DNA from: Octopus sinensis | Taxonomy: Eukaryota | Direction of reading: 5' to 3' | Length of the DNA stretch: 64,000 bases | Assembly (NCBI RefSeq): GCF_006345805.1 | Contig: NW_021832125.1 | Coordinates: forward strand, 62,001-126,000 | The notes under the pieces: model-generated | Databases searched by the model: none | What the model saw: only the letters and a program-made list of their open reading frames with translations | What the model was told of the DNA's origin: nothing | Program-made: the position numbers and the translations under genes | Shown here: positions 23,310 through 34,442 of the stretch, piece by piece | How the letters are laid out: every line of letters starts with the position of its first letter | Position numbering within the stretch: the stretch's first letter is position 1

Positions 23310-23813
23310 TGTTATTTATTCCTACAAAAAACGGCACGACTAACTCCGAGTTTCCTTGTGGCCATTTATGTGAGGGTTACTGTATTCATGTTTGCAACTT
23401 ATTTGCGACTGCACTGTCGAGTCCAACATGATATATGCTCCAGTTTTCATACGTTCACCAAGGATGCCAATCTGTCAAAAGTATGGACTAATTTGTCACT
23501 TTTAGACATACAATTGTGCTCTTCATGAACTTTACGATTATTATTTATTTATTATTTATTAAAGACCAAACACGGGCAAAGCCAGTTAAATATAGTTAAT
23601 CCCGTGATCGCCGATACAAACGAGGGAGATCCTTCTGAAAGGTTCGATCCTGCCCGCATGATTGGCCTGAGACGACGATGTCCCAGGGTCTGAGAGCTCT
23701 AACTTTACGATGACTTGCTTTAGAGATTATTTAGAAACTATATTTTGAAAATTAATTATTTCTTTTTTTGTTTAATTGAGAATAATATTTTATTTAATAT
23801 TTAATAAATAAAG

Positions 23814-26800
23814 AGTGCTTCAATCAATGATTCAATCAATGCTTCTTGTTGATGGTTCTGAATATTGGGAATCAACTGATTTAAATTTCCCCAAAAACAA
23901 AAATTTAGAAAACGTAATATAAATCAATCAAAAATAGATATCATTTTCCCCTCAAAGTGCATATCAGAAATGCCTTTGGAGCCATATTTTCAGTGGGAGA
24001 GACATCCTACTTATTTCGACAGACACAAAAAACCAGGCTTTAATAAATCACCTGATCCCTGTCATTAATCGGGTTCACTACGGCCTACCTCCGAGTGAGA
24101 TACCTGGACATGGCGTAATTATTATTATCACATTTTAGCCAATTTTCCTAATCCTGACCCACCAATGGTCCAAAGTGGAGGACATCCACAGAACATTCGA
24201 GAATATTCTGGAAAGGTCTTCGACAAAACTTACAATTTGTACTCTAACTGGAGGAATGAGTGACATGGACAGTCAAGTCCATTTTTAATTAATTATGCCA
24301 GCTCGAAGTCCTCCGGGGATGCGATATTCTGATTTGCACAGTCCCCTCCTTATTCCGCCGACTGAAAGACAAATCAACCAATTTGGCCCGCCTTGCTTAC
24401 TTGGTTGTGGAGGAGGCCGACCTCCTGTTGTCCACGTGGACTGACGACATGGCCATGCTCATTTATTTGATCGGAGACTCTTTAGTTCAAAAAATAGTGG
24501 TCTCCTCTCGCTGGAACTTCCATATATCCCAATTCAAAGACTTTTGTCTTCCATCTGCCCGGGTTATCGTCGATTCCGCGGTGGAGTACTCCGTGATGAA
24601 GTCCTTGAGTCATGTACTGTCAGTCACCCCACAGTAGACTGTCCAAGTCACCCAGGACGACAGAGTTTCCCAATTGAGTTGCCTCTCCCGTACTCTCCGG
24701 TCACTCTGCCACCACAGAACTCCTCTTGTCCTCGTATTTGTGGATAACATCTTCGATGATCTGAAATTTGTGGCGAATGTAGAGTTGGGGGTAATTTTTC
24801 AAGGCATTGAGGCAGTTGGAGATTAATGTGCATGTATTATCTCCCCGGAGTGACCTCCCCTCTCACAACCCAGCCTTCCCGACCATACTGAGTGTCTTTG
24901 TCTGTAATATATAGTCAGTAATGGACGATGCCACTGCATATGGGTTAGTCGGGCAAGTTAGTGCGACCGATATTGTGCATTACGGTTATACTGACTGTTC
25001 CAACTACGAGACTCGGTTTGGATTTATCAGTGCTCGGCTGGGAGTGTCGGAGGTAGTTTGGGCAATTATGGGTAGACTGTCTCGTCTCATGTTGTAATAC
25101 ACAACTCTCACTCTGGTTTGTATGCCCTTTGCAATTTCTTTGTGGACTTGATGAGTCGTGCCCAGCTACCGATTCCTGACGCCCTCAGTAGTTTGGCTTT
25201 CCAAAAGAAAGGAAGAACTGCTTGTAGGACATTTCTACAGTTTGGATTTTGCCGGTTGAATCGACTTAAGTATTTCCTAGTTTGGGATTTCAATGTCCGG
25301 ACAGTCATGGGGGTTCCCATTTTTTTGATTATTTCGATGACCCTGAGTGCGATGGTCTCCCGTCGTCGGGGGATATTCGAATGTTTGTACTTTTCGTGGT
25401 GGATGCATCCCATTTCCGCTGTCGGATCATTTCCCACTCCGATTCCGGATCGTGCACAAAAACGTATGAGAAACAATCCAAGCAACTCAACATTGACATT
25501 CTTAAATACTTTTCTAACCAGCAACACCAGATCAGGCCAGAACACTTTCAAGTGGGTGATCGAGTGGCTGTTTTGAGGAGAGAGACATTCAAACGGCACA
25601 CTCTTTTCAATATTCCCTAGTGCTGTGATAGACGAGTGTCGAGACAATGACTTGGTCGTGACACTGCTTGACGAAGGGTCTTCTCACATAACTCAGAGAG
25701 AGAAAGTTTTTGTCCTACCGTCTGTCCTGTCCTCAATTCGCCCACAGGTAGTGTCTGAGTGAGTGGAGTCAGGCCGTGGATGTGTATTTGAGTGGGATTG
25801 TTCCGTGCGATATGAATTCAGAGTGGAATACCCAAGTGAACAGTCACGTGGAACAATTAGTCCAAGGAGAACAAGTCGTGGCCCACATTGAGTTGAGGTG
25901 ACCACTTGTTGTAGACAGTAGAGCGGGGAATACGTTTTGGGTGAACAGTCTCATCAAATGTTGTAAACTACGTATTTTGGACGTGTCTGTCATGGACTTT
26001 GATTTGTTAAATCACTTGATTGTACAGAAGATGGGACAACCCAATAAAGATGTATGCTTGATTATTCATTATAGCACATACACACACTCACTGAACGACT
26101 CTACGGACACTCCATGTTCAGGTTATCCCCCGTTTCCATTGATTAGATCGGAAATTGGGAGGGAGTCGTTTGAAGGAACCATTTCAGTGGAGATTAGTCA
26201 CGTTGAGAGCCCGTCATTGTTTTATGTGCGTAAATGCGACTCGTTGGGGTTGTTCAGACAAATGAATGAGGATTTGTACCGTCGGTACTCCAAGTTGAAG
26301 CGCTGTTTCCACCCGAAGGAGGGGGATTACGTGATCACAATATTTCCGGAAAACGACGCAAGAGAAGATTATTGGTAACTCTGTGGTCTGATGGCAGTTT
26401 CCGACGTGGAATAGTGAAGGATGTGATCGGGGAATCTCGATGTGAGGTCACGTGGGTAGACACGGGGGAGACTCCCACTGTCGCAGTGTCGGACCTGTAC
26501 ATGATGCCTTCGGAATACAGCCGATTCAATGCCTTTGCTCACTATTGCTGTCTCCTCCAAGGGGGACAGTGGTCTGCTCGGGCGAAGGAGGCATTCCAAC
26601 AGTTGGTGGGGAGACCTGGGGACTATTCCGTGGAGTGTGGTGATGAAGGAGTGATGAGACTGCTCTACCACTGTCCATTCCCCATTGATATTTTGGCGGA
26701 GATGAAGTTGATGGGATATTCTCCAGATGGAGTAGATGTGGATGTAGTGTTTGGGTATATTCTGTTTAGAGGACTGAAGAGAAGTGTCTTGAGATGAAGG

Positions 26801-28432
26801 ATGCGTTAAGACTAGTCAGTCCTGGAGGATTGGCGATATGGATTGCGGAGTCACTCCGCTTCATGGTTGAGTACTCGGGGACTGACGACGAACTGTGGAC
26901 TCTATTGTTGAATTGTTTGAGAAGTCAAATCATCGACGACTCCTTTCTTTTTGAGTCCCGTCTGGTCTACATTCTCGAACTGGGATTGAAGGTTTTGTTG
27001 TTTGATTATTGTAGGCATACGACAACATCTCTAATTATCCCGACGGACTGCTGGAGGTCTGGGGTTATTTGGTAGACTATGAGAGGTTTGGTGTTGTGGG
27101 GTGATTGTTAGTTTTTGTGTGCAGGCTGTCTATTTGGAGGCCCACTGTGTATTTATTCAGCACTTGATGTATGTGGCCAACGAAGAAAGTCTGTTTTGCG
27201 TACGACTTAGTTGACGATTGTAGTGGACTAACCGTGTTTTGGGGATATTGACTGGACTCCTGAAGTATGTTTCCACTCCTCTGCAGGCTAATGACGAGAA
27301 CACTGTGTCCTCATCACTCACAAGTCTTCTGACGAGAGATGTAGTGACTGATCCTCATGTTGTTCTCCCTATTCTTAAATGCTTCACTGTCACCCTCAGA
27401 TATAAACAGTTGGATTGTTTTTACATTTCAGAGCTGCATTTCTTTTTGAATCCCAAGTGATGGCCATGTGTGGTATTTGTCATTTATTGGGGGAGAGTGA
27501 AGACATTCACGTAGTCCTCTCTTGTTTTGCATTGCAGGTATTGGAAGAGGTGCTCAATCTTCTTCAAGTCCTCATTCCTAATATGTCTAACCCGTCCTGC
27601 CTCACCAATTTTAAAATTGTGAAATATTTAGAAAGGTTGTTTTTTCTTCTAATTATAGGCTATCTTCACTCCCTGTCCCGTTGTCCTCGACGAGTGAATC
27701 ACTGCTGGCATTATTCCGCAAACAAGAGCCTGAGTCGGTCATATATGCAGTAGAGGCGGCGTCTTTCGAGCCTGTCCCAGAGTGTTTCCTCGAAATGTGT
27801 AGTCATATTTTTACTTTTAAGTCTCCCCGTTGAGTTTGCTACCTCACCGAAAGAGTTTTGGAAGAAGGTCCATATGGAGGGAAATGGAAAATGGTAGGAT
27901 ATTTATTAATTCCCAGGCTACAACCAATGGTCACGTGGGCGGAGACGGACTTTAAATTGTTTTTGGCAGTCCGTTTATTCAATGTTAAGGACGAGGGAGT
28001 GGTGGTAGTTGAGGACAGCAAATTACTGTTTCGGTACTGAGAAAAGTCGTAATTTGTAGAGGAAAGTCTGACGGGGAGTTGTATGCGTTCTTTCTGCCAT
28101 TGAAGGGTTTGGTGGTGTCCTCTTCTCGATACAGAGTCTGTGTGAATGAAGTGCAGATTGTGTTGAGGAAGAAAGTGCCAGGGCGCTGGAAGTGTGTGTC
28201 CACTCGTAGTCGAGTATGTGTTCTTGTAATGTCCAGTTGAACTGGTTGGCTGTGGATTCCGAGAGGTTTGTGGATTCGGAATCAGAAGATGACGATCCAG
28301 ACTTGCAAGAAAACTATTTCTTCAGCAAACGTTGGCCTTGTCTCCTTACTTGTAGCCAATATCAACCAGGATAGTAGTGTGGACGAATTTAGTCAGCCCG
28401 ATGATGTTTACAGTGTTGCATCCTCGTTATGA
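23814..28432 (+). CDS. TDRD12: TDRD12-like protein (degenerate helicase, Tudor domains, CS domain), multi-exon; start approximate
   Basis: Manual splicing gives QSAYQKCLWSHIFSGRDILLIS; GCDILICTVPSL; LAYLVVEEAD; CRTFLQFGFCR..CPDSH; LPSSGDIRMFVLFVVDASHFRCRI; LLDEG; AGNTFWVN; a second Tudor (VESPSLFYVR...WVDTGE); and a CS domain (PMVTWAETD...LRKK...W...LNWLAVD). The order matches vertebrate TDRD12 as I recall it. Stop TGA at 28430-28432. Confidence 0.85.
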
Positions 28433-28527
28433 TTAGTCTCCGTTTCTTTATCATGATTTTTATGTTTTAAGAACAATTATTTATTAATAAGGAAATGATG
28501 ACGGGAGACTTAAACAATAATATACTG

Positions 28528-28890
28528 TCAGGAAACCGAAATAACATTTTTAACCCTATCGACCATATTTGTTGATTGTGGAAAAGCGAGTGATTCGATG
28601 TTAAAAGCATGGGAAGTTGGGACGTCTGCGCCACTTACTCTCATTATTGGAGCATCCAGAGAGTAAAACACAGAACCTTATATAAAGAAATATAATCCCA
28701 ACTCTATGCAATTGCCGATGATATTTATGAACCGACACCACGAGTGTGCCACCAATTTTCGACAGTGATGAGATGGTTAGTCTTCATCATCAACTCTTTG
28801 ACAGTGTCCATGTCCAGTGGCCTCAATGAGCGCAGATTAATGACCTCGAATATTGAAATAGCAGTCAAACCTCGCACTCCACCTCTAAAT
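28528..28890 (-). pseudogene. PDHB: Pyruvate dehydrogenase E1 beta subunit 3' remnant
   Basis: VECE|[30 protein letters not shown]...GVGS*ISSAIA*S|SVFYSLDAPIMRVSGADVP. Two 26-nt introns. Stops at 28725-28727 and 28704-28706. Confidence 0.85.
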
Positions 28891-29409
28891 TAATACGAAA
28901 ATCGGGTAGCGTGGGATTCTTGTTGCTGTTCGTCAACTAGAGATTGAGCCAGTGTTCAATTATGAAACAGGTCGTCATAATTGGTCTCTGCGGCTTTTTG
29001 GACTGTTTGATGTATATAATCTTTCAAGATGTTTCAAATTGTAGTCTGTGATAAATAATGAGATTTTGAATTGGATATGATATTCTTGGTCAGATTCATA
29101 GTCATATGGGATATTTACTGACCTTTAAATTCCTGTCAATGTACATTCCATTCTTAAAGAATGTATTATGTCAGTAGATTGGCTAGACCAATTCAGTCAT
29201 TTATTCCAGTATTCTTTATTCATGACGTGCTTTGTCAAATTCAACATTCCATATATTCCATTTATGTTATCAATAGAAGGAGAGTACTGCATTTATACTG
29301 CACTATTGATTGGTTAAATTATTAAATTAGTGATTACCTCTCTACTTGGCTTTGTATCCACGGTGCGCGTAGTCTTCCTATCAAATTCATCACATAACTC
29401 GTTCATATA

Positions 29410-29700
29410 GGTAATATTATGAAGCTGCAACTGTAGATAGATAATATAACAAATTCTAATTTTACTATGTTTGATAGTTGAATGATAACATTTGCCATCT
29501 AAAATTAAATGAAATAGAAAATTTAATTTTGTCAATTCTTTTTCCGTAACAGTTCATGATTTACTTTCAAATATTCAAGAAGAATTTCTTGAATTAATAA
29601 ATTCTTACGAGTCAAAAATCTTATTTGAATCTGCACTATTAATCGAATTTTGGTGTAAAATGATATCAAAATATCACAACATTGGATTTTATATTCCGAC
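29410..29700 (+). mobile_element. Degraded fragment of the Buster-like hAT family seen at 58011-60173
   Basis: Near-colinear nucleotide match to 59520-59900 with an internal deletion. Confidence 0.85.
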
Positions 29701-29734
29701 TGTTGACATTGCATTATCACAACATTGGATTTTA

Positions 29735-30126
29735 TATCCGGAGCGTTTTTTATTGTGCGACCAACGTTCGGTTAATCTATGGGCCCTTTGTTGGAACTCC
29801 TTGACTCACCTCCTGTCAGACCACAATAACCGGTTCCCCATGATCCGCAGGCGTAGGAAATGAACGGTTCAAAGTATTGAAAGTAAATATTCGCCAATAC
29901 CGGGTGGGAACCGTTTTTCCATAAACCGGATAGGCTTCTGAGTACGTTCATTTTTTTCTCGCATTTACGAAGAAGGTCTTAAATGAGGATCTGTCGACGG
30001 TTGTTCTGCGACTGAAGTCGGAGGGATGACCTGGAAAACCTTAAAGATATAGCACGCAACAGAAAATCCTGGTCGAGACTAACGGAGAGAATTTTACGGA
30101 ACACAGAACAAGGGAAACTTAAATAA
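29735..30126 (+). mobile_element. Internally deleted RTE-like element (5' start joined to 3' end)
   Basis: 29735-29930 matches 53540-53720 (minus), which reads RFKVLTVNIR like an APE start. 29970-30126 reads ..DDLENLKDIARNRKSWSRLTERI, like the end of the RTE at 62741. Confidence 0.65.
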
Positions 30127-30713
30127 CTTTATGTTTTCTCGAAGTGCTCTTAATAATTATTTATTTATTTAAAAGTTTTAAATTATTTTTTTATAGTTAA
30201 CCTCATTAAAATAATATTTTTATGGTGCTGTCATCTTTGTTATTATTGTTTGTAGTTATCTCTTAGTTCTTGTTTAACTATTATGCATTACTTATTTTCA
30301 TTTCACATTATTGATATTTATTCGATTTTTCAATTTTTGTGTTTTTCTGATTTTGAATATCGGAGTTTTTCTAGAAACCCCGCTATTTAAATTCATTATT
30401 CTGGTCTTACCACGAAAGTTGTATTTATTGATCGAAAATGTTATTTTATTTTTACTTTTTAATACTTGTTTTATCGATTAATGCAAGGTTGTAAAACTCT
30501 TTTCTTTTGTATTCCGCAGGCCAGACTATTACTTTTTCGATTTTCTTGATTTAGCAGAATATTTATTTCACATAGATTTTATATGCATATCGAATTCTTT
30601 TATTATTTAAAAGCATTTAACAACACATTTATTAATTTTCATTATTAAAATATGATCCAGAAATATGGAATCTTTTTTTCTTCATAATAGCGTCAATATC
30701 TTGAGTAGATATA

Positions 30714-31335
30714 CAGTGGTCGTCAAAAAAATTGCTCACCAATGTTTATGTCTTTATATAGCATTATTCTGATTTATTTTTCTTATTTATTTACAAACTT
30801 AAACAAAAACAAAAAATTGCAAGACAAAAAACATTAGCACAAATTTGGAAATCTCATTATCAGTAATTAATATGTCCTCCCCTTGCTAAATATAAAGAAT
30901 AACTCCTTTATCTCATTGAATTTACTAAGTTTTGTAAAAAACTTTTGGGAATTGACTGCCAAATTTTCATAATATTTGTCTTTAGATCCTCTTTACTTTT
31001 CGGGGGATTTTTAGCTAATTCTCTTTTCATAAAGCACCATACATGCTCTATTGGGTTACGATCCGGTGATTGCGATGGCCAATCAAGAATATTTTTTGGT
31101 TTCGAAATATGCCTTAACCATACGAGATGTATGGCATGGAGCATTATCCTGTTGAAAAATAAACGAGGATAAGCCCATTTTTGTAGCTGATTGGTCCAGA
31201 TTATTAGACAGTAAATTTATATAATATCCAGAGTTCATAGTTTCTTCGATAAAAACCAAATTGCCTACACCACTATACGATATACAGCCCCAAATCATAA
31301 CTCTCCCTACTCCGAACTTAACAGTCGGTAGCAAA
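30714..31335 (-). mobile_element. Tc1 transposon 3' half
   Basis: TA then CAGTGGTCGTCAAAAAAATT TIR. VMIWGCI, FQQDNAPCH and WPSQSPDRNPIEHVW motifs. Confidence 0.9.
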
Positions 31336-31389
31336 TGTGCATTTTTTAAGAGAGGGGGTGTAGCTTTCTCTTGTCAATAACTTTTCCGC

Positions 31390-31620
31390 ATCTGCACTGA
31401 TTTATTGGCAAATCTCGATCCCAAGGCGTAGACACAAACCAATGCGGGCGGATTCGTTGTCCAGGAACATTCCAGCAGAGGAAATCGGCAAAGCGTCAAA
31501 CCAATCGGCCGAGTGAGGTTGACAGGCACAATTCATGCTTGCCAACTGAAACTGGTCAGCACGTAGGCGGATATCTTCAAGTACACGTGAACAATGTATT
31601 TCATCCCAGTCCTTTTGAAC
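31390..31620 (-). mobile_element. CRE-like fragment
   Basis: QPHSADWFDALPISSAGMFLDNESARIGLCLRLG. Confidence 0.8.
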
Positions 31621-32130
31621 TGAGGGGACGTTCGGGATTTTAAGCCCACGAAAAGTTATTTCAATCTCAATGAGCGTCATCGTATTCCCCCGCTTTTTAA
31701 GATATTCTGGTTTTTGTTTTTCACACCAGTGTAATTTCTGATTTTTGTATTCATTTTTATTTGTCCACGATTGGACTGAGTCGTTCTTGAGTTTCTTTAT
31801 GAAGTTCAGTTTCATCTTGCTAATTCTAAATTTCTTGCACAATTGTAAATTCAAGCATTTAGCAACCTCATTGTGTCTTTTGAGACAAGAATGATTGTGC
31901 ATTTTGTCACATTTTGTAGCAAAGAGGTCAACAGTCTTCTAGTCTGCCTCTACGATCGTGGCCATGTTTTCTATGACACAAAACCTGTAGAATCGAAACT
32001 ATTTCAGCAAACCAGATATATTCCTTTAATACAACAAATTAATATGGAAGTTGATGCCATTTCAAGTACTAATTTTCCTGAAATAAGACTGTCTCGACAT
32101 TTTTCAAAAATAGAGCAGGAGAAAGGGGAA
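31620..32130 (-). mobile_element. R4/Dong-like RLE retroelement fragment
   Basis: TVDLFATKC...KRHNEVAKCL.L.LCKKF...TLIEIEIT. Confidence 0.7.
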
Positions 32131-32149
32131 GCCTTGGGGAACGCCATTT

Positions 32150-32870
32150 GGAAGCAATCATGAGATTGATTTGATTCCATTCAGGCATACACGGCCTCTC
32201 TTTCCGCTGAGAAAATTCGAAAGCCAAAGTTTTATGTTTGAGTCGATGGATAGGCCAAATATCTTTCTGGAGACTGAATCAAAGGCCTTCTGAAGATCGA
32301 GTGAGCATACAATTGATTTGAGATGAGGTCTAATTGCAAAACCTTCCATTATAAACTGGGTGAATGTGGTAAGATGTGTCGAGGTAGAGAAATTACTCCT
32401 GAAGCCATGTTGGATGTATGTAAGGGGGAGAATAGGGGTGATCAAATTGAGAATCAGTTTTTCAAGAATCTTTGCAATTGAACACAAAAGTGAGATGGGT
32501 CTATAGGAGGAGGGGATGTTCTTCAGACGGCCCGGCTTGAGAATTGGGCGTATAAGAGAATTTTCTCATATATTTGCTATTTGATTCTGGTTAACTGAAT
32601 AGTTGAAAATATTTGTCACTGCATCAATTCCGATAGGACCAAGGTGCTTTAGCAAGGTTGTTGGAATCAATTTTGGTCCACAGGATAGGGATGATTTTGT
32701 ACTGGTAATCACCGCTCCAACTTCAGCAGAGGATATATAGGTGGGTGTGTTCGATTTCTTTGGTTTATTGCTTACAAAATATGAGTTTATCTTTAGATGA
32801 TTCTTGTGGCTGATTCGGCGTAGAATTTCAGGAGTTAACTCAATTACCACTGTTTCAAACATTTTTCTGT
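32150..32870 (-). mobile_element. LINE RT fragment
   Basis: SCGPKLIPT.LLKHLG, IQHGFRSNFST, LDLQKAFDSV. Confidence 0.8.
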
Positions 32871-34442
32871 CTAATTATCAAAAAACTAATTTAGACATTT
32901 CATAAATGTTGAAAAAAAGATATCCCAAATTCAAAATCGAATCAACATTAATTCACAGAATTCCCAAATAAATCCGTTCTAAAAGTCACGAGGTTCCCCT
33001 AGGATTATTTACAAATTATAAAAAACTAATCTTTATAAAAAAAATTGATGAATTGATATTGTGATAGCTAAAAGTAACTAGTATTGAATTAACATAGTTA
33101 AGTAATGCCTATAGTCTTCTCTGAACAATCTAGTATAAAAGGCAAGTCATGGAATGAAAGTTTTGGTGGAAATAGTCGTTCTTGTCTACAGTGGCCCCTT
33201 CCTTCCATGTTGGAATACCCTTGCTAGTTAGAAAAAACCACCCACAAAGGAGATGGTCCCCTGATGGCGCATCATGTGAGACCGCGCCTACGTGGTCCAG
33301 TCCTGAGGAGTGGCACTGACGTAGTACAACGCGTAATAACGAGCGAGGAGCCCCAAACAGACCTTCCCGAAGGCTTGTCTGAACATGAGGGCATATCTTC
33401 CTCCCTACACTCACACCCCTCATCAAATACAATGTGCTGTTCTAATTTGGCTGCAACAATATCCAAAGGTCTTCGGTATATTCTCCAGAATATGTTGTGC
33501 TGCACTTATTTAGGTTTCGGTTCGTCCGGCGATAGGATCTGATTTCTCACTGGGCTATTAATGACCCCCTACCTAAGAAGAAACCATTATGGGTTTTATA
33601 TAGATGCTTAGAATCATTCCCCTGGCGGAAAAAGTTATTATTGAAAGATTAAGTTAGTTGTTTCTACGCAGCGTAATGTTGGACAAAATTGAACAATGGC
33701 ATCTACGAACTCATCAAATGAGTTGTCCAAATGGCTCACTTTCCAAATGGCTCACTCATAAAAATTCTACAAAATAACTCAGAGTATTTAATGGTACCTC
33801 TAGATTTTTTATTGCGCCATTTTGCGCTTCTCCACATTATAAATTGTTCTATTTAATTTTTATGTGAACCTCTCAACAATTTGCGTATGTGCACCCTCCT
33901 CGGATCTACAAAATTTCGTGTGTGTTTAACTTAGAGTTTCTGCTAGTCTCTCTTATACGAACTCTTGTTTAACTACCTAAAAAATTGTCCCCGTTTCGAG
34001 CTATCGACGTGCCCTTCCTGAGAGCCGTTCAGGACTCTTGGCCACTTAGAACAAAACTTATTGCTATAGTCTGAAATCATTTAGTTAACAAGGTCTTTTC
34101 TTTTTTTTCCTTATAACCCGATGATTCTCACTGAGCTATAGGAAATGTGAACAGAGATATAAAAACATGCGAACAATCTGATTTAGAAATAAAAACAGCT
34201 CATTTGCCAGAATTAACTAATGATTGACGAATTAATTAAAATATTGTAGCAGACTAAAACATTGATTACCTCTTTACTTGTATTATAATAGTAAAACACA
34301 AATGGCCATATGGATAGTATACCATAAACATATCAAACATATCACAGCACAAAGCATATAAATGCGATCAGTTAATTTGAAAGCGGCCTTCAGTGGTTGC
34401 GGGGCATAAAAAGGAAAAGCCTCTTTTTTAACACAAAAAAAA

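Noticed and set aside
23620-23670. tRNA or SINE (GGTTCGATCC B-box-like motif)
   Set aside because: No A-box or cloverleaf could be built; more likely LINE 3' debris.
25118-27753. Several separate small genes
   Set aside because: They join through micro-introns into the TDRD12 frame.
28700-28730. Genome-wide TAR-to-Glu code reassignment
   Set aside because: IQGAP and the intact TE ORFs end in TAA, and the host exons I could splice in TDRD12 and IQGAP need no read-through.
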